Of a stretch of 64,000 nt of DNA, positions 1-9,289 are shown one piece after another; the stretch's first letter is position 1; each line of letters starts with the position of its first letter. Source of the DNA: Thermodesulfobacteriota bacterium (GTDB lineage Bacteria > Desulfobacterota > QYQD01); the NCBI GenBank assembly GCA_040755415.1, contig JBFMAZ010000082.1, positions 66,296 through 130,295 on the forward strand, in the 5' to 3' direction. The notes beneath the pieces were generated by a model that was not told the DNA's origin, searched no databases, and saw only the letters and a program-made list of their open reading frames with translations. Position numbers and translations under genes: made by a program.

Positions 1-1360
1 CGGAGAAACACCCACCTATTCATTCGGCAAGGGGGCCTTACAGGAAAGTTCAGGCGAAGGCACTGCCGTTAATCAAAATTATATATTTAGAGGGGTCACA
101 AAATACCATAAGCTCGTCCAGCGAATCGACTACTTACCACATGTCTTGAGATCCGCTACCAGCACCCTTTATTCTGCTATACCCGGCCCGGTCCTGTTGA
201 GCTTTCCTTATAACGTTCTTCGTGAGCAGGTGGATGCAACTATCCTGGAAGATATAGAAACCAGCAAAGGCAGGAGTTCGGCTGAAGACTGTACCATACC
301 TTTAGAAGGCATATTGGAGTTGGTGGGGAAGGCAAAGTACCCCATTATTATCGCTGGTTACGGCTGTGTGTCTTCCCGGAGCGAAGGAGAAATATCTAAT
401 TTTTGCACCCGGCTAAATATCCCGGTGGCTACCAGCCTCAAGGCGCGGGGGGTCATTCCGGAGACTAACGGTCTATCTTTGGGTGTCCTGGGTATAACGT
501 CTAAGGAACTGGCCTATCGTTACCTGACCGAGAAAGCCGACCTTCTTATCTTTCTTGGGGTCAGTTTTGGAGAAAGGACGAGCTACAACTGGAATCCTGC
601 CCTATTAAACGGGAAGAAGATTATCCAGGTGGACATCAATCCCGCCCAACTGGAAAAGACCTTTGAAGCCGATTTGGCTATTTGCTGTGACGTAAAGAAG
701 GTCTTAAATAAATTGGAAGAAGCTCTTAAGGCCAACCTCATAGAACCTAAAGATACTTCTTATCTCCCCTATTACCGGGACCAATACAACCACTCTACGC
801 TTAAGGATGAGGATTTTTCCTTAGTCAGCTACTTCCTTACCAAACTCCACGAACATCTGAACGGTGATGCTATTATCTTTGACGATAACATAATATACAT
901 GCAGCATTACGTTAACCTTACAAAGAGCTGGCGTTACTTCCCGAATTCAGGCATTTCATCTCTAGGGCACGCCGTCCCGGCGGCTATAGGAGCCAAGCTC
1001 AGCACATCCAAACCAACCCTCGCCATTCTGGGTGATGGCGGATTCCAGATGTGCTGCATGGAGCTCATGACGGCAGTTAATTATCAGATACCGGTCACGG
1101 TCATTCTTCTTAATAACGCATCCCTGGGCCTGGTCAGGAAAAACCAATACTATAACTATAGCGGCCGGTACATAGCCTGTGACTTCATAAATCCTGATTA
1201 CGCCTGCCTGGCCAGGGCCTTCGGCATTAATTATGGACGTGTGGCCTCAAACAGCGAGGCCGATATGGTCATTGAACAGATAGATTTCCCGAATGGGATT
1301 AACCTCATCGAAGTCATGATGAACAAGGATGGATTCCCTACGTACTCGTCGGGAAGATAG
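1..1360 (+). CDS. Thiamine-pyrophosphate-dependent enzyme, acetolactate-synthase-like; 5' end lies upstream of the window.
   Basis: The frame is open from nt 2 with no stop before the ORF track's TTG at 146. GDGGFQM TPP-binding motif; central and C-terminal ALS-like domains. Confidence 0.75.
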   Translation, partial: GETPTYSFGKGALQESSGEGTAVNQNYIFRGVTKYHKLVQRIDYLPHVLRSATSTLYSAIPGPVLLSFPYNVLREQVDATILEDIETSKGRSSAEDCTIPLEGILELVGKAKYPIIIAGYGCVSSRSEGEISNFCTRLNIPVATSLKARGVIPETNGLSLGVLGITSKELAYRYLTEKADLLIFLGVSFGERTSYNWNPALLNGKKIIQVDINPAQLEKTFEADLAICCDVKKVLNKLEEALKANLIEPKDTSYLPYYRDQYNHSTLKDEDFSLVSYFLTKLHEHLNGDAIIFDDNIIYMQHYVNLTKSWRYFPNSGISSLGHAVPAAIGAKLSTSKPTLAILGDGGFQMCCMELMTAVNYQIPVTVILLNNASLGLVRKNQYYNYSGRYIACDFINPDYACLARAFGINYGRVASNSEADMVIEQIDFPNGINLIEVMMNKDGFPTYSSGR

Positions 1361-1383
1361 ACAGCAGTATACAAAAACAACCC

Positions 1384-3348
1384 GTGGAGCCGACTTTGTC
1401 TCAGAAAACTCTTTTTAAGAATATAAATATCCTTTTTAAGGAAAAGGCCGGTGATATGGCTATTTCGGCCCTTGCGGATAAATTTTGGTCGCTGACCGAC
1501 GGACTGAATAGTAATTGCGTAATTTGCCAGAATATAAGACCCATCGCAACCATCTATGAAGGGGCCCTGCTCGCCCTTGAAACATACATGGCGGAGACTG
1601 GATTTAACCCAGATTTATTAACCTTACATAAAGATATATTTTGGGAACTGGAAAATTTACTGGCCCTGCAAAAAACCGATGAACGCCACTCGTTCCTGAT
1701 CGTCATACCCGTAGCCGACCGACCTACTATGCTCAAAAATTGTCTGGAGAGTATATTGCGTCAGTGTGCCGATTTCGGCTACGGAGGGAAAACAGTTGGC
1801 AGTATAACCGGAACGCAGGCCTATACCAAGATCAGCGCAGCGGTTATCGACGACAGCAAAGACAGTGTGAACATCAATGCCCACAAGGCCATAGCCGGGG
1901 ATATAACCCGGGCCGGGCTCCGCACACATTATATAGGCCTTGCCGAACAATCCGGCGTGATAAACGAAATTCCGGAAGGTCTTCGGAAAGACTCAAAACA
2001 TATCATAGGAGACTGTGCTGACGACGTACGGCCGCACAAGGGGGCCTCTATTACCCGAAACATAGCCTACTTATGGATAAACAGGTATCTAAAAACTCAT
2101 CCGGAAAAGACCCTGATTTATTTTATCGATAGTGACGAGGAATTTGCCATTAAAGTAGAGACAGAAAACGGATCTGCTGATATAAACCTGATTAACTATT
2201 TTTACTGGCTGGACATGTTATTTACCTCCCGGGACATAGAGATCCTGACCGGTAAGGTGGTAGGTGACCCGCCTGTCTCGCCGGCGATCATGATTAATAA
2301 CTTCCTGGATGATGTGCTCCTGTTCTTCAAACAAATATCCGGGTGTAGCGCAGATGACCTCTGTATCTTCCACGGCACACCATCGTCCAGGCACAGCCCG
2401 GCTCACTATAACGATCTCGTTAAAATGTTCGGATATAAATCCTCAGCACAGGCCTGTCCTTACCCTTGTCTCATTAAAGGCAAACACACCATTAACGATG
2501 CCTTCAAAGAGTTTTCAAAAAAGATAAACGGCTTTTTCCACGGCTTACACCCCACGCGGGAGACTATTTATTACTACAACGGGGGTCCGCTGAATATATC
2601 ACCGGCCAGAACCGTCTATACTGGAAATTTTGTCTTAAGGCCGGAGGCATTGAGATATTTTATCCCTTACGCCGATCTGAAATTGAGGATGGCCGGCCCG
2701 GCCCTGGGGAGATTACTCAAGGCCAGAATAGGTGAAAGATTCGTCTCGGCCAATCTACCTTTACTGCATAAGCGGACCTTAGCCACCAACCATCGGGGAG
2801 AATTCAGGCCCGGCATTAATAATCGGGATAGAGGGATGAACCTGACAGACGAATCTATCCGTCAGTTCTGGGGCGATGTCCTCCTCTTTTCAGTAGAGGA
2901 ACTGACGAAATATGGCTATCCTGATACTCAATTAAAACTGGAATCCCTGGTTGATGTTGTGAATAAAACAAAAGAAAAAGTGTGGCGCTTATATACACAA
3001 AATAACGGGGCTATTTCGGAGAAGATGGCGCTACTCAAAGATTATCTGACAAATCCCGAACACTGGTGGAACCGTTCTGAGGGCCTAAAGGGGGCAGTCG
3101 ATCATTATAAAACCTTCTGTTCCAGTGTAGAGTTTAATTTTGGAATACAATCAAAGGGCTATCAGGAATTAAAGGGTTCTTTTGTCCGCCGCGACTTTTC
3201 CTCCCGCATCGCAAAAGCCCTCTATGACTTTTATGAAGATGAACGCCTCTGGCATGAAGTCCTTAACGGGGACAGCGTGGATGAAGCTGCCGAAGAAAAA
3301 CCGGACAGTCTTTTAGTTACCGGCTCCTCTCTATCAGGCGGCCTCTGA
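1384..3348 (+). CDS. Large hypothetical protein with a GT-A/GT2-like glycosyltransferase region.
   Basis: 654-aa ORF. FLIVIPVADRPTMLKNCLESI and a later IYFIDSDEE (DxD-like) motif resemble family-2 glycosyltransferases. The GTG start at 1384 is uncertain; ATG at 1454 is an alternative. Confidence 0.4.
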   Translation: MEPTLSQKTLFKNINILFKEKAGDMAISALADKFWSLTDGLNSNCVICQNIRPIATIYEGALLALETYMAETGFNPDLLTLHKDIFWELENLLALQKTDERHSFLIVIPVADRPTMLKNCLESILRQCADFGYGGKTVGSITGTQAYTKISAAVIDDSKDSVNINAHKAIAGDITRAGLRTHYIGLAEQSGVINEIPEGLRKDSKHIIGDCADDVRPHKGASITRNIAYLWINRYLKTHPEKTLIYFIDSDEEFAIKVETENGSADINLINYFYWLDMLFTSRDIEILTGKVVGDPPVSPAIMINNFLDDVLLFFKQISGCSADDLCIFHGTPSSRHSPAHYNDLVKMFGYKSSAQACPYPCLIKGKHTINDAFKEFSKKINGFFHGLHPTRETIYYYNGGPLNISPARTVYTGNFVLRPEALRYFIPYADLKLRMAGPALGRLLKARIGERFVSANLPLLHKRTLATNHRGEFRPGINNRDRGMNLTDESIRQFWGDVLLFSVEELTKYGYPDTQLKLESLVDVVNKTKEKVWRLYTQNNGAISEKMALLKDYLTNPEHWWNRSEGLKGAVDHYKTFCSSVEFNFGIQSKGYQELKGSFVRRDFSSRIAKALYDFYEDERLWHEVLNGDSVDEAAEEKPDSLLVTGSSLSGGL

Positions 3349-3838
3349 TCATCTCATAAAGATTGTTTACGCACTCATCGATCTTACGGAAGCATATTTG
3401 ATATTCCCTCAGACTTCCTCCATAAGGGTCAGGAATCAAGTCCCCACCTCCCTGGTAGCCTTGGGCAAACCGGATAAGATTAAAAGTCTTATCCTTCACC
3501 CAGATATCCAGGGATAGAACGTGTTCGATGTGTAGCGGCTCCATGGCCAATATCATATCGGCCTCGTGAGCCATATCCGTGGTTAGCCTTCTCGCCCTGT
3601 GGCTGCCCAGATTAATCCCGGCGCCTCTGGATACCAGGATACTGTTTTCCGTAGGCAAATTCCCTTCCCGGGCATGAGTCCCGGCTGAAAAGACATGAAT
3701 ATCTGCCTCCACAGGAACCATCTTCTTAAGAATGGCCTCAGCCATGGGACTGCGGCAAATATTCCCGGTACATACAAACAGAACGCTTTTGATTATAGGC
3801 GATACCTGTGCAAGATCAATCCGGCCCGGCATGGTCAT
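3317..3838 (-). CDS. Low-molecular-weight protein tyrosine phosphatase (LMW-PTP/ArsC superfamily).
   Basis: N-terminal CTGNICRSPMAEA P-loop (C-X5-R) signature, 173 aa. The 3' end overlaps the upstream gene convergently. Confidence 0.8.
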   Translation of the reverse strand: MTMPGRIDLAQVSPIIKSVLFVCTGNICRSPMAEAILKKMVPVEADIHVFSAGTHAREGNLPTENSILVSRGAGINLGSHRARRLTTDMAHEADMILAMEPLHIEHVLSLDIWVKDKTFNLIRFAQGYQGGGDLIPDPYGGSLREYQICFRKIDECVNNLYEMIRGRLIERSR

Positions 3839-4063
3839 CCTTTAGACAATCCTCACGATCCGCCAACCTAACAAACGTAGGTAGGATTTATCTAGCACGT
3901 CCCTCCCTAAATTACAATACTGGCAGTGAGCAGACGCCCGACCCCGGGCGGGCTGGGGTGAGCTTCAATCCATCCTTAGCCAATATAGCATCGTCAAGGT
4001 TCGGATGAATAGGCTTTTGGTGAACGGAACGTTTTAAAGGTATAGATTATTCAGGGGAAATAT

Positions 4064-4100
4064 ATTGACATTCGGGCATTTTCCTGCCAAGCTCACTTAT
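4064..4100 (+). promoter_or_regulatory. Putative sigma70-like promoter for the histone-like gene.
   Basis: TTGACA at 4064-4069; strong AAGGAG Shine-Dalgarno at 4151-4156 before ATG 4163. The -10 element is weak. Confidence 0.25.
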
Positions 4101-4162
4101 TTGATTTTCCTATGTCGGACTTCCAGTACGGACAAAAAAATTAGGACTACAAGGAGAAAACA

Positions 4163-4621
4163 ATGGCCGGTCTTTTTGACAAGATTAAAAAAGATCTGAA
4201 GAAAGGCGTCGAAGAAGGTATTGCCGTGGTAAAGGAAGGGGCAGTTGTTGTATCGCAAAAAGTGGGTGAACTCACCGCCGAGGGCAAGAGGCAATATAAG
4301 ATGTTTGATCTGAAAACGAAGATTCAAAACTATATGGCCGAGCTTGGCGGAAGGACATATGAGGTTCTGAATGACAAGAAAAGTCCAGCCGCAGATGTTA
4401 GAGTAAAGGGTGTCGTTACAAAGATTAAGAAACTTGAAGAACAATTGGATAAGCTCGAAGGAAAGAAAGCGAAAAAAGCCGCTCCTAAAAAGAAGGCTAC
4501 GACTAAGGCAAAAGCAGCCCTTAAAAAAGCCGCGAAACCGGCAGCAAAGGAAACAGCAAAAAAAACCACTAAGAAGACCCCAGCTAAAAGCAAGACTTCA
4601 GCCACAGCAAAGAAAAAGTAA
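4163..4621 (+). CDS. Histone H1-like / AKP-repeat nucleoid-associated protein (PhaF-like Lys/Ala-rich C-terminal tail).
   Basis: The C-terminal 60 aa are K/A/P/T-rich repeats (KKAAPKKKATTKAKAALKKAAKPAAK...). Strong RBS. Confidence 0.5.
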   Translation: MAGLFDKIKKDLKKGVEEGIAVVKEGAVVVSQKVGELTAEGKRQYKMFDLKTKIQNYMAELGGRTYEVLNDKKSPAADVRVKGVVTKIKKLEEQLDKLEGKKAKKAAPKKKATTKAKAALKKAAKPAAKETAKKTTKKTPAKSKTSATAKKK

Positions 4622-4678
4622 GTCCTTATTCCCGATAACACACCACGTATTCACTATACCCATATTTAAACTCTATGT

Positions 4679-4712
4679 TACCCTCCCCCTTTAAAAAGGG
4701 GGAGGGATAGGA
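4679..4712. repeat. Perfect 12-bp-stem hairpin CCCTCCCCCTTT-AAAAA-GGGGGAGGG just after the stop of the histone-like gene; short member of the CCCCCTTT/AAAGGGGG repeat family, possibly a terminator.
   Basis: Palindrome seen directly in the sequence. Shares its core with the elements at 10195, 23281 and 48418. Confidence 0.5.
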
Positions 4713-4822
4713 TTAAAGGCCCTCTATAAGATCCCATTAATTGTTTTCCTATCTATCATCCGGAAATAGCCTATCTTCTGTCCCCTATTCTTCCGCTCGC
4801 AAGGAAGATCGCCGTTTTTTCT

Positions 4823-4857
4823 TTGAAAAATATACATGATGAGTGTAGTATAAGTGG
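4823..4857 (+). promoter_or_regulatory. Putative sigma70 promoter of the toxin-antitoxin operon.
   Basis: TTGAAA, 17-nt spacer, TAGTAT; followed by GGAGGT RBS and ATG at 4887. Confidence 0.35.
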
Positions 4858-4886
4858 CACACCATTATTTTCTGGAGGTGAATATT

Positions 4887-5111
4887 ATGCCCACAAAAAA
4901 TCCAAGGATCAATGTTGCTCTGGAAAAACCCCTTTATCATAACATTGAACGCCTTGCGAAGAGAGACGGCGTCTCACTATCCATGAAAGTACGCGATCTG
5001 ATAAAGGAGGCCCTGGAAATCGAGGAGGATATTGCTTTATCACGTTTTGCACAAGCCAGGGAAGAGATCTTTCAAAAAGAGAAATCGCTGAAGCACGAGG
5101 AGGTCTGGTAG
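4887..5111 (+). CDS. RHH (CopG/ParD/RelB-like) antitoxin.
   Basis: Small basic/acidic protein MPTKNPRINVALEKPLYHNIERLAKRDGVSLS (ribbon-helix-helix pattern), immediately upstream of a RelE/ParE toxin. ATG 4887 with RBS is preferred over the ORF-track start at 4854. Confidence 0.6.
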   Translation: MPTKNPRINVALEKPLYHNIERLAKRDGVSLSMKVRDLIKEALEIEEDIALSRFAQAREEIFQKEKSLKHEEVW

Positions 5112-5112
5112 G

Positions 5113-5391
5113 TTGCCCTTTGCGCTCAGATACCATCCTGACGTCAAAGAGATCGATATCCCCGCTCTCAATGAAAAGTTGAGAAAACGCATAAAAACCG
5201 CCATAGAAACCCGCCTCATAACCGCTCCCCATCAATATGCGGAACCTTTAAGAAAGACTCTCAAGGGCTACTGGAAACTAAGAGTGGGAGATTACAGGGT
5301 AGTCTTTAAAATAGTGAATAACGAAGTCTGGATATTTGGCATCATTCACCGAAAAGAGGTCTATAAAAAGGTGGAGAAAAGGACGCCCTGA
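5113..5391 (+). CDS. RelE/ParE-family toxin (type II TA).
   Basis: 92 aa, starts 2 nt after the antitoxin stop. KGYWKLRVGDYRVVFKIVNNEVWIFGIIHRKEVY is the typical RelE/ParE core. Confidence 0.7.
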   Translation: MPFALRYHPDVKEIDIPALNEKLRKRIKTAIETRLITAPHQYAEPLRKTLKGYWKLRVGDYRVVFKIVNNEVWIFGIIHRKEVYKKVEKRTP

Positions 5392-5450
5392 TACCATTCA
5401 TGGGAGAGATGAAGCTATTTCCGGGAAGGAGAGCGAACAAGTGCCCATAG

Positions 5451-6263
5451 ATGAAGGACATGAGACAGAAAATCATCGATGAACTAAAAAGAATCGAGCA
5501 AGCCGAGGGTATTAGAATTCTTTATGCCGTCGAAGCTGGAAGTCGAGGTTGGGGCTTTGAATCCAAAGACAGCGACTGGGATGTAAGATTTTTTTATATA
5601 CACAAGATCGAATGGTATTTATCCATTGATAGCAAAAGCGATCACCTCGAATATCGTATTGATAATGTCTTAGATTACAGTGGATGGGAATTGCGCAAGA
5701 CCTTGAGACTATTCAGGAAGTCAAATCCTTCCTTACTCGAGTGGCTTCGATGTCCAATAATTTATCTCGAACCATTCAGTACAGCCCTGCAAATGCGTGA
5801 TTTGACGTCAGAGTATTTTAGTCCTGAATCCTGCATGTTTCACTACCTCCACATGGCTATGGGAAATTACCGGGAATATTTAAAGGGAGATTACGTAAGG
5901 GTAAAAAAGTACTTCTACGTCTTGCGTCCTATCCTCGCCTGTCAGTGGATTGAAAGAAACAACAGCATGGCCCCCATGGAGTTTAGAAAATTGTTGGAGA
6001 CGCAAGTGGATGACAAAGCATTAAAGGCGGCAATCGAAGGCTTGTTGAACCGGAAAATGAAGGGTGAAGAATCGGACATTCAGCCGCGGATCGAAATCAT
6101 CAATGACTTTCTGGAAGACCGGATTGCCCATTACAAAAAGTACCTAAAGAGGTATGGTTCACGAAGACAAAGAGAGTTGGATACAGAAAAACTTGACCGA
6201 TTATTTCGCAGCACCCTTAAAGAGGTATGGAATTTTTGCGGCAGGGGTAACCCTATAACGTGA
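5451..6263 (+). CDS. Pol-beta superfamily nucleotidyltransferase (PF10127/RlaP-like predicted NTase).
   Basis: AGSRGWGFESKDSDWDVRF is the GS-x9-13-DxD NTase signature; 270 aa with a C-terminal helical region. Confidence 0.6.
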   Translation: MKDMRQKIIDELKRIEQAEGIRILYAVEAGSRGWGFESKDSDWDVRFFYIHKIEWYLSIDSKSDHLEYRIDNVLDYSGWELRKTLRLFRKSNPSLLEWLRCPIIYLEPFSTALQMRDLTSEYFSPESCMFHYLHMAMGNYREYLKGDYVRVKKYFYVLRPILACQWIERNNSMAPMEFRKLLETQVDDKALKAAIEGLLNRKMKGEESDIQPRIEIINDFLEDRIAHYKKYLKRYGSRRQRELDTEKLDRLFRSTLKEVWNFCGRGNPIT

Positions 6264-7753
6264 TCAGGCTAACAGCTTCCGATTTTTATACCTATTTCCG
6301 TCCCTCGAAATGCAAGGATCGCATTTATCTCAAACACACAGGGAAGGAGGAGGCTCCACCCGGTCCTTACGAGCAAGTGCTCTTTCGGCTGGGTGAGAGG
6401 CATGAGAGATCGCATCTCGCCACTTTTCCAGCGTTCGTGGACCTAAGCAAAGGGACGCTTGAGGAGCGAAAACAAAGGACCAAAGAGGAGATCCAGCGAG
6501 GCTCTTCAGTGCTATATCAAACGGTGCTGAGATCTAGCCATAAGCTTGGTGGCACTGAATGTGACCTTGTGGGTGAACCCGATTTCCTCATTCGGCAAGA
6601 AAACGATTATGTCATACGCGACTCCAAGATATCGCGGAGAATTACCGAAAACGACCATCCTGAAATCCTCCGGCAACTGGAAACCTACGGATGGCTTTAC
6701 GAAGAAACGTTCGGCCGACCACCCGCGAGGCTGGAGGTGCATTCTGGAACAGACGATATCGTTGCGGTTCCTTATGACAGGGGTGTAACCGCGTTAAAGC
6801 TTTTTGAGGAGATTATGGCTCTAAAGCTCGCCGAATCGGAGCCATACAGTCCGGTGGGCTGGAGTAAATGTTCCGGGTGTCCTTTCCATCAGTATTGTTG
6901 GCCGAGAGCCGAAGCAAATTGCGACATCGCCTTAGTCCCGGGTGTTGATCAAAGTCTGGCCCTCGCGCTGAAAGACCAAGGGGTGAACACCATCGAAGAA
7001 CTCTTAAGACATTTCAACGAAAACAGCTTCGCGGAATTTAAACGTCCTTGGGGCAAGAGGATGCAACGGGTGGGAAGAGGTGCTACTTCAATCATCCAGA
7101 GAGCAAAAGCCATGCTGTCGCGGAAGGAATATATCATTGAAGAACCATCGATACCCATCCATCCGAACTACGTTATGTTTGATCTGGAAGGATTGCCTCC
7201 ACATCTGGATGAACTCGAAAAAATCTACCTCTGGGGACTGCAGATTTTTGGAGAAGAAAAGGGGGAATTTAAAGCCGCTGTGGCCGGATTCGGCAAAAAA
7301 GGGGATGAAGAAGGCTGGCGTGCCTTTCTAAAGAATGCTAAGGCTATCTTTGACAGGTACGGTGATATCCCATTCGTACACTGGCATCATTATGAACGGG
7401 TTCATATTGATATGTACGTGGATCGATACGGCGATGCTTCTGGCATAGCTGAGCGGGTTAAACGCAATTTATTGGACCTGTTGCCAGTTACCCAGCGGTC
7501 TATTGCACTTCCACTGCCCAGCTACAGCCTAAAAGTAATTGAAAAATATATAGGTTTTAAAAGAACCTTGGATGAATATGGTGGTGATTGGGCGATGGCC
7601 AAATACATCGAAGCTGTAGAAGCAGAAGACCCGGATCAAAGAGATCAAGTCATGAATGAGATAGTTACTTATAACCGTGAAGATTTAGAGGCCACCTGGG
7701 CAGTTCTTAACTGGTTGGGGTCAAAAGCCGCTACCCATGCTTTTGTTCCATAA
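6260..7753 (+). CDS. RecB/Cas4-like PD-(D/E)xK nuclease with Cys cluster fused to an RNaseH-like (predicted 3'-5' exonuclease) domain; TM0106-family-like.
   Basis: CSGCPFHQYCW cysteine cluster after a PD-(D/E)xK-like core; C-terminal YNREDLEAT DEDD-like motif. ATGA overlap with the upstream NTase gene. Confidence 0.55.
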   Translation: MIRLTASDFYTYFRPSKCKDRIYLKHTGKEEAPPGPYEQVLFRLGERHERSHLATFPAFVDLSKGTLEERKQRTKEEIQRGSSVLYQTVLRSSHKLGGTECDLVGEPDFLIRQENDYVIRDSKISRRITENDHPEILRQLETYGWLYEETFGRPPARLEVHSGTDDIVAVPYDRGVTALKLFEEIMALKLAESEPYSPVGWSKCSGCPFHQYCWPRAEANCDIALVPGVDQSLALALKDQGVNTIEELLRHFNENSFAEFKRPWGKRMQRVGRGATSIIQRAKAMLSRKEYIIEEPSIPIHPNYVMFDLEGLPPHLDELEKIYLWGLQIFGEEKGEFKAAVAGFGKKGDEEGWRAFLKNAKAIFDRYGDIPFVHWHHYERVHIDMYVDRYGDASGIAERVKRNLLDLLPVTQRSIALPLPSYSLKVIEKYIGFKRTLDEYGGDWAMAKYIEAVEAEDPDQRDQVMNEIVTYNREDLEATWAVLNWLGSKAATHAFVP

Positions 7754-7942
7754 AGCTGATATGGATATGAATGATGCCGATAGACTTAACCAAGTTGCCT
7801 CCCAGCAGGATAACACCACCCAACTTCCCCTCAGTATGAGCAGCACCAAACAGGGCGATGGATCTGGGGCCAAAGAGAAAATCGAGTGAAGTTATATAAG
7901 AAATCCCTTTCTTCGCATGCCTTTTCATTTAGAGTTTGACAG

Positions 7943-9145
7943 TCATGGGCCGATATGACCACGGGTAGTCTGGCAAATAACGGTATCAAGCCCCGCACTT
8001 TTTAGCACGTTATATATCTCTACCATTTCTCCATAGGTAGGCCTTTTGATACCACTTCGAAACTCTCCCCTATAATCGAGTACACAGACCTGCACCTCTG
8101 GATCTATGACGCAAATCTTTTCGCCCATCCTCCTGATTTCCTCTTTAGAAATAAGGTCCTTGTTATAAGGGATACCGATACCCAGAAATACACGGTCCTT
8201 ATAATGCTTAAGTATGTTGTGCACCGCATTCCAGGCATTATCCATATAAGTTTGTGCCAGGACTTTGTCTTTTAAGCCTGTGATGTGCTGGAAGGTGCTC
8301 ACTTCCAAGGCCTTCAGGTCTATCCCGATATCGGTCATGCCGGCGTCAAGCAGGTCATCAATATAATCGGGAGTAAGGAGTGAGCCATTGGTATCCACAT
8401 GGAAGCGTGCCTTGCGATCCGGATTGAGGACCTTGATCTCTTTTATATATTGGATAAGCCAGGGTCTGTTTAAAGTGCATTCACCCCCGGAGATGGCCAT
8501 GCGATCTACCCCGAAATATCTTCTGGACGAGGTTATTTCATGAGCTGCTTCCTTGGGGGTCAAAGGACTGCCTTTTCCTCCATAGGTAATAGCCCAATTC
8601 TGACATTGAGGACATCTTAGGTTGCAACCTCCTGCAAAACAGGCCACCTCAATGTAACCTCCAGCCTTTAGCTGCCAGGGCGTACCCACTCCACCCACCA
8701 TGTGCCCCATGAACCCACTTACAATCCTTCGGGGGACATAATCCTCCGGAAGGCTTATTTTTATGTTCATCCCGTCTTTTATTCCTGTTACACAGGCTGG
8801 TTTAACCACACCATTTATCTCCACAGCACAGCTAAAGCAGGCTCCTACACCACATGGTGCAAAGATTCCAGACTCCTGCGGCAAAGCGGTTATAGGATAA
8901 CCCAACAGACCCAAGGCTTCTTTAACCGGAATCCTTTCTGGTACCAAGGCAGTCTTTCCGTTTACCTGAATGGTCACCTCCCTTGCCCTCTTCTCTTCCA
9001 CCATTTCTATGGCTTCATGGGGACAAGCCAGCGCACATGCCCCACATCCGATACAGTCCTCATCCCTTCCCGAACAGGCTACTATCTCGCGGCAGGCACC
9101 GCAATCCTTGCATCTCTTCAAATTATAGGTGGCTATATAGGGCAT
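7943..9145 (-). CDS. Radical SAM enzyme with N-terminal 2x[4Fe-4S] ferredoxin domain.
   Basis: CKDCGAC...CIGCGACALACP ferredoxin motifs; CNLRCPQC (CX3CX2C) radical-SAM motif; GGECTLNRPW glycine-rich SAM-binding region. Confidence 0.7.
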   Translation of the reverse strand: MPYIATYNLKRCKDCGACREIVACSGRDEDCIGCGACALACPHEAIEMVEEKRAREVTIQVNGKTALVPERIPVKEALGLLGYPITALPQESGIFAPCGVGACFSCAVEINGVVKPACVTGIKDGMNIKISLPEDYVPRRIVSGFMGHMVGGVGTPWQLKAGGYIEVACFAGGCNLRCPQCQNWAITYGGKGSPLTPKEAAHEITSSRRYFGVDRMAISGGECTLNRPWLIQYIKEIKVLNPDRKARFHVDTNGSLLTPDYIDDLLDAGMTDIGIDLKALEVSTFQHITGLKDKVLAQTYMDNAWNAVHNILKHYKDRVFLGIGIPYNKDLISKEEIRRMGEKICVIDPEVQVCVLDYRGEFRSGIKRPTYGEMVEIYNVLKSAGLDTVICQTTRGHIGP

Positions 9146-9289
9146 AAGGGGGTTTCTTTTAGACCCATTAGGTAGTAGGCTCCAGCACGATTAGCGCTTA
9201 CCCGCTAATAATTACATCCAACTGCGCAAGAACATCTTCAATAACCATGGTGTGTAGAAAGAGGTTTACCTGCAAGGCAAGATTTGATT

